Below are positions 24,837 through 38,639 of a stretch of DNA of 64,000 bases, in pieces; position 1 is the stretch's first letter, and the number at the start of each line of letters is the position of its first letter. This DNA is from Octopus sinensis (Eukaryota), in the NCBI RefSeq assembly GCF_006345805.1, contig NC_043007.1:15872001-15936000 (forward strand). The letters run 5' to 3'. Made by a program: the position numbers and the translations under genes. The notes beneath the pieces are model-generated. The model was not told where the DNA came from. It did not search any database and worked only from the letters and a program-made list of their open reading frames with translations.

Positions 24837-25145
24837 TGATAACAACGACGAACAATGGTTTAAATTTTTTTGGAGGCATTTATTTTCTACTCGTACGTAA
24901 CATAGTGCAGGTGTACCGCGTGTATGTACAAATATATGGCAAGTGTACGGTAGACTACAAAATAAGAAAGACACAAAATAAGACAAACTTAAATACAAAA
25001 ATTATTTGAACAGGGTTTTACTGATATTTGACTTCCTGATATACAACTTTCTTGTAATAAAGTTTGATTACAAAATACATTCAACATGTTATTATGACTG
25101 ACACACACGCGGGCGAAAAGTACCGAGTGAGAAAAAAATGTTACA
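24837..25145 (-). mobile_element. Candidate 5' LTR of the BEL/Pao element, with a degenerate tRNA-His-like PBS at 24814-24833
   Basis: Minus strand TGTAACA...TTATCA, then 3 nt, then TGGTGATTGTGACTCTGCTT (tRNA-His PBS is TGGTGCCGTGACTCGGATT), just upstream of gag. No second LTR was found to confirm it. Confidence 0.35.
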
Positions 25146-25861
25146 TGTACTAAAAAACTTTCACCCGTGGATATACAATTATCTACACATCATTATATGT
25201 CTCAGGTTAATGTAAGGTTCCATTGATCCCAGTGCTCAAGTGATACTTATCCCATCGATCCTGAAGCAAAGTGAGCAAAGCCGACTTCGGTAGCATTTGA
25301 ACTCAGAATGTAAAGAGCTGGAAATAAAGAGTGAAGAATTTAGTCTGGTGCGGTAACGAATCAGTCACATGCTGATTTGAAACTATATAACTGCACTTTA
25401 TTCTTCCGTTCTTTTTACTCAAATACCCACAAAGAATTTATTGAATCACACCATTTTATATAAATTACCGCTGTAGAGAGGTATCAGGTGAATACCATTT
25501 TACAGATTTGTTTTTGAGATGCATGTCTCGCAGTCACTGAACATGACACGAGTAAGAATTGTACGTGATTGTGATATGTGAAAGAACCGCATTGAATGGA
25601 ATTGGAATTCTAAAGAATGAGACTTAAATACACACGTATAGTTCCATACATGCACCTCACGGATACATAGGTACTCAGGTACAAATACGCAGACAATCAT
25701 ACGTACAAACGCGCGCACAAGCAATGAACAAAAACCAAACGTGTACATATGCACGCATACACACACATGAAGACAAAAGAGACGGAAAAACTGCCGAGTA
25801 GTTGAAAAGACGTTTAAAAGTATTTAGTTTCTTTCTGTTGCCTTTCCTGTCTGCCTTGCGA

Positions 25862-26105
25862 AGGCGTGTGTACTACTGGTTAAAGTGTTGTTCTCACGAG
25901 CGCAAGACCGTGGTTTCGATTCCCGAACCAGACAGTGTCTTACGTTTTTGAGCAAAAGACTTCATTTCATGTTGCTGCAGTCCACTCACTGTAAATAAGG
26001 AACTCTGCAGTGGATTTGCATCCCGTCCAGGGAGAATGTTATGGCCTCGGTCACATATAAATGATGGAAACTGGGTAACGAGCCCTATGATTCCAAGGAC
26101 TCGAG
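25862..26105 (+). mobile_element. tRNA-head SINE with CORE/Meta-like domain (family E), degenerate
   Basis: GGTTTCGATTCCC B box and TTGAGCAAAAGACTTCATTTCATGTTGCTGCAGTCCACTCAC. Related to 51588-51830 and 56345-56630. Confidence 0.65.
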
Positions 26106-26729
26106 ACAGTAATGTCCAGGGTTGATTGCGATGATCATGTCCTGAAGGCCGAGATTTATTTCCTCTTCACTTCTATAGGAGACGTTCGGAGTTCAAATGT
26201 ACCTTCCTCTAATAGTGTACCAAATCAAGACATATTTTCTAGTGAGTGACGACGGACAGAACTGTGCTTAAATATACGACAGGTTTGGCACAGTTTTCGT
26301 CTTACAAATTCCACTTTCAAAGTAATGGTCAGTTTAAAGCTATGCTAGAAGACACCCTCTCGTCATGAATTGACTGGTATATATTTTTTTATCGATTCCC
26401 TACAAACGAAAACATTAATCGATCTCACTACGATTTTAGTTCAGAACAAATGTGCAATAACAAAGGGATTCACGACCCGTCGGACTTCCTAGATTATACC
26501 AAACACTGTGCGATCTACACAAAGCGTGATTTAATCCAGCCCCTAGGCATTAAATACTCGGAGCGGTGAATTTTCTCTGTGTGCACAGCCTGAATATATC
26601 ACTGGATTACTTCAGTACCCAGTATATTAATCTGACTAAAGGCAGTGCTTACGGGTTAAATCAATCCAACCTGGTGCATACCATTTAACTACTCGATTCT
26701 CTCTAGAATTCTCTATATTGTTAAACATA

Positions 26730-26954
26730 CAGGGTGCGACAGAAGTAGCGGTTTTTTTTCTATTTGAGTTTTCTAGGTTCTAATTGAGTTTCGTTTTATT
26801 TCCTGAAACTTCTGCGATTTTTTTCATTAGTTTACTATTTGTTTCTTTAAGTAATCCAATAAATTTATGTTCAATAAAAAAAGTACTTAATAAACATTTA
26901 TATACTATAAAAGTTACTATATGCAAAAAAGGGCGTTACTTCTGCCGCAACCCG
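26730..26954. mobile_element. 225-bp Tc1/mariner-type MITE
   Basis: TA-CAGGGTGCGACAGAAGTAGCG versus reverse complement of the right end TA-CGGGTTGCGGCAGAAGTAACG (19/23 including TA). TA flanks both sides. Confidence 0.8.
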
Positions 26955-26958
26955 TATA

Positions 26959-26989
<31 letters not shown>

Positions 26990-27292
26990 AATAGCAATAT
27001 AAGTTCATATAAGATAGACCTGAAGATTGGCAATATAATCGTTTTAATATGGTATTGTATAGAGACACTCTATTTCAGCAATATCGAGGAATATGTTATC
27101 ATGAAGCGCGCATAGTCTAGATAATGTAAAGTATATGATTTGTAATAAGAATTGAAGGTATTAATTTTGATAATTTTAATATTTAGTCCTATATGTACCT
27201 ATAGTGGATAATGTCGTTCAGTGATGATTGAGTTGCTTGAGAGTGATTCTGTCTCTTAAACCTATCTATTTATATATATCATATATATATAT

Positions 27293-27343
<51 letters not shown>

Positions 27344-28600
27344 CACCAAGATCATTTAATGGGCAACGTAGATGATCAAACACACAACACAAAATGCCAC
27401 TGAGTTGGTGTGATTTTTCATTCGAATGTAGCATCGTCTTTACTATTCAAATAAATACTCTTCTTATAAGATAAAGTCTTTTATTGATTTTTACCGGAGG
27501 CAGAAAGCCATAGAAGTTGTGGGGAGGTAGTAGTCGATTATATCTAACTTTCATGGAATAGTTATTTACATAAATATATACACACACATGCATATTATAT
27601 AGCATAGCATATCATATATCATACATCATACCTCGTTATAAACCATTTATTTCTCAATAAACCTAAGATCAAAGGCTTTCCAGCTGTGACCATCCTTGTT
27701 TGTGTTTGTCACGAGCTATATTGTTCGATGTATCCTTTAATTACGATGAGATAGTAGAGTGCAGTTCTTTCGTTGGATGAGAAATCTGGTTCATATTTTT
27801 GAAATTGGATAATTTCTAAATGTTTTCCTCTGCATGAAGAACAAACAGTTAACTTCGGAATAGAACACTCCACTGTCAAAGTACGGCAATAACCCCGAAA
27901 ATTTCCATCCGTGTTCTTATCGAATTTGCCAAAGATTAGACCTACACCGAATTCTATGGCTCCATAGAAAGAATTTTTAATCAAGTTTATGTCAGAATTT
28001 TCTCTCTTGCTTTTCTTGCCAGAATTTATGAATAAATTTAATGACTTTTCTTCGAATTACAAATTTACTTTTCGATTTTGCTAAAAAATATTTTTGCTTA
28101 TTGCACTAAATACGTTAGCTTGCTCTTAACTCTTTGCATTCATGGAAGCCTTGTACGTGGGTGCAACTGTGTATGCATCCGTGTGTTTGTACTTGCTTTC
28201 TGCATGACATTACATTCAGTGTGACATCGAAGACAGTGAGGAAACTGAATAGATATTTGTCAATACATATTCTTTCTTCCTTTAAATAACATTAAAGATA
28301 TTTTGTTATATACTGAGGAGGTTATTTTATCAATTTTTTTTGTTTTGTTCTGTATGTTACTTTACTATGAAGACTATTATACCTAGCATCTCATTTCTAA
28401 TGTTCTCTACAATGATATAAAGACAAGAGTCTTTACAATCGCCCAGACATTTTTCTGTTTTCGTAAATGATTTTGTCGAAAGTCGGTTATTGATTTTTAT
28501 TTTTCTTGGTGACAATAAATTGGATAGGATGAACTCGACAAAGAAAACTAGATGAAATAAGATTCAGTCGGTGGACACCCGCCGTGAATCGCAATACGAG

Positions 28601-28604
<4 letters not shown>

Positions 28605-28639
<35 letters not shown>

Positions 28640-28749
28640 TGCATATACATATGTATGTATGAATACGTAGCTATGTGTATGTATATATGTATATATGTAT
28701 ATGTATATATATATATATGTGTGTATACATATATGTATGTATATGTATG

Positions 28750-28780
<31 letters not shown>

Positions 28781-28798
28781 ATATATATGTATATATAT

Positions 28799-28832
<34 letters not shown>

Positions 28833-28859
28833 ATATGTATATATGGCTAAATCAGTATA

Positions 28860-28924
<65 letters not shown>

Positions 28925-28979
28925 TGTAAGTGTATATATATATAGAGAGAGAGAGAGAGAACAAAGTGTACGTATATAT

Positions 28980-29039
<60 letters not shown>

Positions 29040-29072
29040 GTGTATATACGTGCATGTGTCTATAGATAAATT

Positions 29073-29106
<34 letters not shown>

Positions 29107-29165
29107 AAATTGAGACGAATTCAGAGAAAGAACGATAACATCAATATCAATATATATATATATGT
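28605..29165. repeat. (TA)n/(TATG)n/(GA)n compound microsatellite
   Basis: Read directly. Confidence 0.95.
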
Positions 29166-29364
29166 ATAGATTCATGTAGCTCATGTAGCTGCTATTTTGT
29201 TTTTACATATTTGATGCATTCAAATCATCGAATTTCGAAAGTGGGTTACGCAGTAAAATGTCTTTTAAGTTCATCTCATACAGAAGAAATCTGCCATCTT
29301 GAATGTCATTTGAGAACGAATTACGCAATAATCATTTCCATCGTATAAACTAATGTCATTTAAA

Positions 29365-29661
29365 TTACTGCTGCTGCTACTGCCACTGCTGCTACTGGTG
29401 CCGCTAGTAGTACACCTACTGCTACAACTTCTACTACTACTGCTACTACTACTATCGCAATGACCACTGCGGCTACTACCAGTACTATTAGTATCTCCAC
29501 CAACACCACCACAACCACTCCACCACCACTTGTAATACTACGACTTTCATTTCCATCACTACTACCACCACCAGTTACTACTACTACAGCTCTACCATTA
29601 ATACTACTACTACTACTACTACTACACCACCACTACTACTACTACTACAACTCTACCACTT

Positions 29662-29710
<49 letters not shown>

Positions 29711-30121
29711 TACTGCTGCTGCTACTACTACTACTACTACCGCCACCACTACTACTACTACTACCACCGCCACTCCTGCTACAGTTACTACAATCACCAC
29801 CACCACCACTACTACTACTACTACTAAGATGTTAGAGCCACAATTACATAATGCCACCATTACAATGACAACAGTCATCATCTTCGTACAACGACCACCA
29901 TCCCAAGAGCAACAACATTCATCCTCATCATTATCATCATCACTATCATTATCATCATTATCATCATTATAATCATACCACTACCATTACAGCCATCATC
30001 ATCATTCTGTCGCCACTTCCACAAAATATCATCGTCTTCAAACAACCACCACACCTATCATCACCACCAACACCATCATTAATATCATCATCAATATCAC
30101 CATCATCGTCGTCGTAGTCGC

Positions 30122-30153
<32 letters not shown>

Positions 30154-30495
30154 CCATCCTCATCATCGTTATCATATCAGCACTACCACCAACACCATCA
30201 TCATCATTGCCATCGTCATCACTATCATCATCGTCGTCGTCGTCATCATCGTCGTCGTCGTCGCCGCCGCTATCATCATCATCATCATCATCACCATCCT
30301 CATCATCGTTATCATATCACCACTACCACCACCACCACCACCACCACCACCACCACCATCCTCATTATAGCAGCACCAACAGCAACAACGACAACAACAT
30401 GAACAAGATCATCATTACCATCATCATTACCATCATCATACCACCACCATCACCATCATTACCGTCAAACCACCAGCACCGCCATCATCATCTTC

Positions 30496-30550
<55 letters not shown>

Positions 30551-30590
30551 ACAACAACAACAACAGAAGCAGCAGAGCCAGCCTACCATC
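29365..30590. repeat. About 1.2-kb trinucleotide low-complexity tract (ACT, CAC, CAT, CGT, CAA)
   Basis: Read directly; it produces poly-T, poly-S and poly-H ORFs in several frames. Confidence 0.93.
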
Positions 30591-30864
30591 ACTTATACCA
30601 GTCGAGAGGCGATTTTAGAATTCCCACTTTACCTCGTTCATATTTATTTCTTTGTGGAAAAATGAAATATTCAGATTATTCTAAATCTTAGATCTATCGG
30701 TGCACATCATTGATCCTCTAAAGATTGTTATCTAAATTCATTAATCTGGAATTAGCCAAACAGTCATAAATGTGTGTTTGCCAAGGCGTTTTCTCATTGG
30801 TTATTAATGGAGGTATGACAGCACATAACCCAGAGATATCGTTGTTCTTGTTGCTGCTGCTGCT

Positions 30865-30990
30865 GCTGTTGTAGTTGTTGTTGTTGTTGTTGTTGTTAAG
30901 CAACAAGACGGGTAAGGGTGATTAGGTGATGGTCTAGGGCTAAGGGGCGGGAGATCCCAGACCTTGGAAAAAAACCTTGGTCGTCTTGGA
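30865..30990 (-). mobile_element. 3' end of unclassified non-LTR element, second copy
   Basis: Matches 8775-8880. Confidence 0.6.
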
Positions 30991-31114
30991 GCTGCTGTTG
31001 TTTAGCCCACCTAAGCCTTAAGTGAACAGATTTATGCACAAAAGTGTTCTTGTCATGGTTAATCTTTTCTCTCTTTTATAGTTTACCATGGGTTATGTGT
31101 CCATTTTAAGACTG

Positions 31115-31940
31115 TCGTTTATCCATTAATCCCTTTGCCCTCTCTGGAGCATAGGCCATCGACTTTTCTCCGTTGTTTTCGAATCTGGACTGTTTTATCT
31201 GTTTCTCACCAGTTGGATGCTTGCTTTTTCAGCTCTGCTTTAGTATCCCGCTTCATATGTTTCCCCGGGGGAAGATCCACCTTTCCCAAGCCTAAGTTTT
31301 TTTGACCTGTCATCCGTGTTCTGCAACTTCGCTTTTTTTTTGTCTTTGTAAGTTGTGGTATTGACTCTACACCAACTCATTTTTATCTCTGGTAAGAGAT
31401 GACCCGTATTAGAGAAGTGGAGGCACAATGGCCCAGTGGTTAGGGCAGCGGACTCGCGGTCATAGGATCGTGGTTTCGATTCCCAGACCGGGCGTTGTGA
31501 GTGTTTATTGAGCGAAAACACCTAAAGCTCCACGAGGCTCCGGCAGGGGATGGTGGTGATCTCTGCTGTACTCTTTCACCACAACTTTCTCTCACTCTTA
31601 CTTCCTGTTTCTGTTGTACCTGTATTTCAAAGGGCCGGCCTTGTCACTCTCTGTGTCACGCTGAATATCCCCCGAGAACTACGTTAAGGGTGCACGTGTC
31701 TTTGGAGTGCTCAGCCACTTACACGTTAATTTCACGAGCAGGCTGTTCCGTTGATGTAGAATGGCTGTAATGTAGAATCTGGAGGATATTGGGTTGTAAC
31801 CGGAACCCTCGTCGTCGTAACCGACGGAGTGCTTCCAAATTAGAGAAGTATCTATCCTTTGACCTGTTCAGCATGGGAAGCCCTACAAGAAGCTTACACT
31901 CCGCAGGTATAGCTCTCAAGGTCACTGAGTCTTACAAGTC
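31115..31940 (-). mobile_element. RTE-X/RTE LINE 3' relic interrupted by a SINE
   Basis: Minus-strand translation KHMKRDTKAELKKQASNW*ETDKTVQIRKQRRKVDGLCSREG resembles the RTE-X C-terminus, with a GATGGCCTATGCTCC tail motif. Confidence 0.6.
31419..31838 (+). mobile_element. SINE family A with a foreign internal insert
   Basis: TSD ATTAGAGAAGT at 31408-31418 and 31839-31849. About 43 extra nt at 31755-31797. Confidence 0.92.
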
Positions 31941-32313
31941 ACAAAATCACCAAGATTAGACCTTAAGGGGGATTGTAAGACGGTCGGGTTTGATTTATGA
32001 AAAACATTGTCGGTATCTAGACTCTTTTTTTGGTTCGACAGAGCCGCCGTACAAACTGGTAAATAAGATTTGCAAATTTGGATAAGTTCCTATTCCGTGG
32101 GGGGTTGTGGGAACTAATGTTTTCGAGCCAAATCATTATTCAAAGAGATAAATTTGAACTGTTAATGATACTAATGAAGGAAGGTATCACTTGAGTGCAC
32201 TAATTAACAACTTAACAATTTCGGACGGACAGTTACTTTGCGAACTATATTGTACTTTTGTATAGAGAGAAGCGGATGAGTCGATAAGACGTTCAGCTAT
32301 GTACTTATGGGTT

Positions 32314-32703
32314 GTGGAGGCGCAATGGCCCAGTGGTTAGGGCAGCGGACTCGCGGTCGTAGGATCGCAGTTTCGATTCCCAGACCGGGCGTTGTGAGTG
32401 TTTATTGAGCGAAAACACCTACCTAAAAAGCTCCACGAGGCTCCGGCAGGGGATGGTGGTGAACCCTGCTGTACTCTTTCACCACAACTTTCTCCCACTC
32501 TTACTTCCTGTTTCTGTTGTACCTGTATTTCAAAGGGCCGGCCTTGTCACTCTCTGTGTCACGCTGAATATCCCCGAGAACTACGTTAAGGGTACACGTG
32601 CCTGTGGAGTGCTCAGCCACTTACACGTTAATTTCACGAGCAGGCTGTTCCGTTGATCGGATCAACCGGAACCCTCGTCGTCGTAACCGACGGAGTGCTT
32701 CCA
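32314..32703 (+). mobile_element. SINE family A, full length
   Basis: TSD ACTTATGGGTT. Confidence 0.92.
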
Positions 32704-32861
32704 CCACTTATGGGTTATCCTTTAAAATCTTCTGCTTGCTGTGTATCCTACAGATCATGTCTGATTAAAGAGATTTGATTTTACAGTTATATTATCTCTC
32801 AGCGCAATTTAAAGACCCATAAAGATATGCAGTGACGACTCGTATGAACTAGACTCTGCCC

Positions 32862-32896
<35 letters not shown>

Positions 32897-33114
32897 CCTC
32901 TCTCTCTCTCTCTCATACACACACACACACACGCATGAACACACATATATACACACAGTCTGACTCCGCAGTCAGATACATCGAACAATATAGCTCGTGA
33001 TAAACATAAGTAGACAGGTAGATAGAATAGAGAGAGAAGAGAGAGAGAGAGAGAGACATAGTCAGAGAGAGGGATATATATAGATATATTGATAGGTAGA
33101 TATAATACAGAGAG

Positions 33115-33426
<312 letters not shown>

Positions 33427-33494
33427 CATTTTATTGTGAAAATTGACTGAAGAAAAGCCTGTATACAAGCGTACAGTCGGTTATTTTCTAGTTA

Positions 33495-33895
33495 TAGGCG
33501 CAGGAGTGGCTGTGTGGTAAGTAGCTTGCTTACCAACCACATGGTTCTGGGTTCAGTCCCACTGCGTGGCACCTTGGGCAAATGTCTCCTACTATAGCCT
33601 CGGGCCGACCAAAGCCTTGTGAGTGGATTTGGTAGACGGAAACTGAAAGAAGCCCGTCGTATATATGTATATGTATATATATATGTGTGTGTTTGTGTGT
33701 CCGTGTTTGTCCCCCCAACATCGCTTGACAACTAATGCTGGTGTGTTTACGTCCCCGTAACTTAGCGGTTAGGCAAAAGAGTCCGATAGAATAAGTACTA
33801 GGCTTACAAAGAATAAATTCTGGAGTCCATTTGCTGGACTAAAGGCGATGCTCCATCATGGCCGCAGTCAAATGACTTAAACAAGGAAAAGAAAA
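33495..33895 (+). mobile_element. CORE-like SINE, full length
   Basis: Matches 2203-2610. Confidence 0.9.
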
Positions 33896-34513
33896 AGGAA
33901 AAGAAAAGAACCATATTAACGTTTATTTCTTAGTTTCACCCAGTAATTGACTACGTCAGTTCGACACCAATCAATGGCGAAACTTTCAAGTCCCTCTCAA
34001 TAAAACATATGTGTATGCGCATGCGTGTGCATGTGTGTACACGCGTATTTGCGTCTCTGTCTATACGTGTCTGTATGTATGCACGTATGAGAAAGATGAA
34101 GAGAAGGGCTAAATAGAAGAGAGCGAGAGTAAGAGAATAGAGAGAGCGAGTTACGGAGAGTGGGTAGAGATGATATCTTTGAAGAAAATCCAATAATCCC
34201 AGATCTACCAAACCAATCAACGTGATGACAATCGGTGATATTTGATTTGTTATTTGATTCATCCAAAACAAATAATTTTTTTCGCTCCAGTGTGCATCGC
34301 CCCAGCACCAACACCAGCACCACCACCGTAAAAAAAAAACCTGTGTATTTCCGATAATCTTCATATTCGCTTTTTTTTTAAAAATCTATTTATTAATGCT
34401 TTTATTTTTATGGTGTTGCTCTAGTGACGTTGTTGGTATTATTGTTGTTCTGCTGCCGCGATTCTTGTTGTTTTATTATTATGGTTGTTGTTGTTGTTAT
34501 GATGATGATGATC

Positions 34514-34560
<47 letters not shown>

Positions 34561-34789
34561 ATCCATTTCACTTAAACTCCTTTTTATTTGTCATTGACTT
34601 ACACTCATGTTTAACTCACACAAACATAACAAATGTGTTTTCCTCGGGAAAGCAATAACTCACCAGCATCTTCCAAACGGCTGATGCAATATGTTTTATA
34701 TATATGTCCATGCATACATATATCTATACGCATATATACGTGTTAATACATATTCATGCGTATATACATAGCATATAAATATACATTTA

Positions 34790-35075
<286 letters not shown>

Positions 35076-35936
35076 AGACTCTAATTGCTGGTGTGTGTTC
35101 AATCCCTGGAAACAAGATGGGGTAGTAGCTGCAGTATTACTAGTGTGTGTATGTCTGTGTGTGTGAACGTGCGATTCTATATGTATGTATGCGCAGTAAA
35201 TACATGTCTCGTGCCATTATGAGGGACAATAAAAATGAAAGCAAATATGAAACAAAGAGTATTACTGGCAATTGCTAAAATATAGAAAATTGTCCTATAT
35301 ATTGCAATTCATTGAGAAAAGTATAACACAGCAGGCTAATATCTCTCCTAATAACACATCAGTGAACTGCATGTGGTTTATAATCTACTCCTCCAAGACT
35401 TGCTTACATCCCTACAACAGCTCGTTCAGCTTTCACCAATTAGAAAACACTGCCGTCCTTTCAAAGTATGTTTGAATATCGAGAAGATGACACCACTAGC
35501 AGTTCAGGTGAAGTTTTAGAGATGGCAAAAGCATTTAAGTAAAAAAAAAAATATATGTGAAATCTTGGGAGGGAATATATACATCGTCAAGCATCCCATC
35601 CCAATTTGGAATAAAAATGAACGAACTAATTTTGAACTGTCGACACAGGACTAAATTCTGCCTCCGTAATTACAATGAACATTCACACTTCTGGATGCAT
35701 GACAGAATACAACGACGATCTACACTGCTATGACCATCTTCATTCACCTTATTACTTTCAAATATTTTGTGTCGTATCTTACGACAAATTAAATTCTTTT
35801 GCGTCCAATCCCTGTTTCACTCACATTTTCTACAGAAGACTCAACACAATTCCAGTGTTAAATTTTATGCTTTTTTTCTGCTTTAACAGAAACAAAATCT
35901 ATTATATGTATGTACAAGTGCATGTGTGTTTGCATG

Positions 35937-35976
<40 letters not shown>

Positions 35977-36134
35977 ATGTTTTTAAAAAAGCCGTAGTAA
36001 TCTGACATAAAGCTTACAGTCAAAACAGTACCAGTCATCTTTCAAATGCTTGTCACTGAAACACTCTATAGTGATCGTTGCTGAATCACAAAGTTACGAG
36101 AACGTGATATCAACCTCCGTTTGGGGCACACACA

Positions 36135-36300
36135 TATATTTGACTGGCTTCTTTCAAGTTCCGTCTATTGAATCCACTCACAAGGCTTTGGTTGGTCCGA
36201 GGTTATATAGTAGCAAATACTTACCCAAGGTTCGACGCAGTGAGGCTGAACACGGAACCATTTAGTTGAGAAGCAAACGCCATGCAATACAGCCACGCTT
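36135..36300 (-). mobile_element. CORE-like SINE, 5' part, degenerate
   Basis: CCACTCACAAGGCTTTGGTTGGTCCGAGG...TTACCCAAGG is the reverse complement of the family core. Confidence 0.7.
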
Positions 36301-37464
36301 GATTATCAGAATAACAAAAAATTTGATAGTTTGAATGCATTTAATACGCACGTTTCGAGTAGTTATCTAAGATAGCTGTTACATAAAACCCTCTTCAGTC
36401 GACAACTCAATATATAGTAGTTGTTCACATAGATATAGGAAACCCACAAAAGGGAAAAAAGTTGAGGGAAAAGAAGATGGAGAAAAAATGTAGGCAGAGA
36501 AAGAGAAGGAATATTAGAGACATAAGCGGATGAGGAAGTGGTGGGTATAAATAGATAAGTGTATAAACAGACAAAAACACGGAGAACAAAAAGACAGAAG
36601 AAGCCAGAGTGTGATTTAATGAGATCTGAAGAAGATTAGGCTACTGTTTCTGACAGATCAATCGAACAAGTAGAGGCTCTTTCTTCAGCTCATAAATATT
36701 CGAAATATTGATCGATTTGACGAAGGTGAGGAAATATCAGAGTGTCTTAAGAGTGAGACAGAGACAGAGAGACCGATATATAAAGGCAGACTTACGGACA
36801 GACAGAGACAAAAAGAGAAAAGAAGAGGAAGGAAGTAAAGGCTAGACTGAAGAAGAGAACAAGGTAAAGAAATAGGAGAGGTGTACATGGGGAAAGAACG
36901 AAGAGAGGTGAACAGCGATGAGGAAGGTGTATAGAAGTGAAGTTGTTGAGAATTGGTCTGATGGAGATATGTGTGGACAAATTGGAAGATTCTGTTATTA
37001 TTCTAGGCAGTATTTCTGCTTGAATTGATAAAATAAGTGGAACAGAAAGAGATAAAAGAGAATTTAAAAGCCGAAATAAAGAGACGGGGGAAATAAAATA
37101 CAGAGAGAGGGAGAAAGAAAGGAGAACGGGAGAGGGTAAAATAAATCAAGGGAGAGAATCTAGGATGAAATTCAATATTCACAGTAGATATGTGTTTTAT
37201 TGAAAGAAGGGAAACTAGCGAGATGAGTGAGAGAGGCAGAGAGAGACTTATAAGCAGAGAGAGAGAGAGAGAGAGAAAGAAAGGCACAGAGTGAGAGAGA
37301 GAGAGAGATGGGTAAAAGAAGACAGAGGAGACGGGGAAAGAGAGGACATTCAGAGAGTGCTGGAATGAGAGATGGGAAAATGACAAAGTATGATAAAAAG
37401 TGGTATTAAGAGAAATAAAGAAAAAAAATATATATATTTATGTGAGAACGAGGGGCTTGCAAAA

Positions 37465-37646
37465 CATAAAAAAATTGTGTGTGTGTGTGTGTGTGCGAAT
37501 TTGTGTATGTGTATACTAACATACATATAGATTCATATACATACATATAATCATGCGTATACATATAGGTACACTTATGCACATCATATAATACGCATGG
37601 CAGTGAACATACGCACACATACACACATGCATACATACATACATAC

Positions 37647-37731
<85 letters not shown>

Positions 37732-37864
37732 CATACATATATATATATACATACATACATACATATATATATATACACATACATAAATATATATACATAT
37801 TTATACGTACATACGTATATGTATATACACACACATACACACATATATATATATATATATATAT

Positions 37865-37940
<76 letters not shown>
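37465..37940. repeat. (TA)n/(TACA)n tract
   Basis: Read directly. Confidence 0.95.
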
Positions 37941-38197
37941 ATATGCAAAAACGCTGCAGAGAATGAAATATTAAATAAATATAAAAAAAAAAGAAGGTTT
38001 ATTACAATATCTATAGGAAGTAAAAAAAAAAAAAAAAAAACCCTAGGGAAATATAGAATGTTTTCACATACCATCTTCTGTGGTATCAAATCTGATTTAA
38101 CACCACTGCAACGCCGCAAATTATGTCATCTAAACCGATATTGTTTTACAAAGATCTATGCGAAATATGCTTGTGCGTGTCTGCGTGTGTGTGTGTG

Positions 38198-38251
<54 letters not shown>

Positions 38252-38369
38252 GTGTGTGCGTGTGTGATTGTGATTATTCGCGCGTTTATATGTGTATGTA
38301 TGCTGTGTGAGCGTTGTTCTCTCTTGTTAGATCTGCTTGATGTATATATTTCTCAATATATCACATCCC

Positions 38370-38413
<44 letters not shown>

Positions 38414-38639
38414 CATGGTCCTCCCATTCCTAATATGGTTTCTTTGTTCCATTTGGTATATTCTTTTATTGCTGTTTTATTTATCGGCGTTTTGTTTATT
38501 GGCGTTCTATGTTTCCCTCAGATATATTTCCTTTTTTTTTTTTTTTACATATTTTAAGGTTTATTATTTCTCAATACAAACTCTCAATACAAACTCTCAT
38601 GTGTCGTATTGTTTTAGCAAAATATTATTAGCATTATTG

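Noticed and set aside
29460-30665. Poly-Thr, poly-Ser and poly-His ORFs
   Set aside because: Trinucleotide runs that switch frame repeatedly, with no unique domain or splice support.
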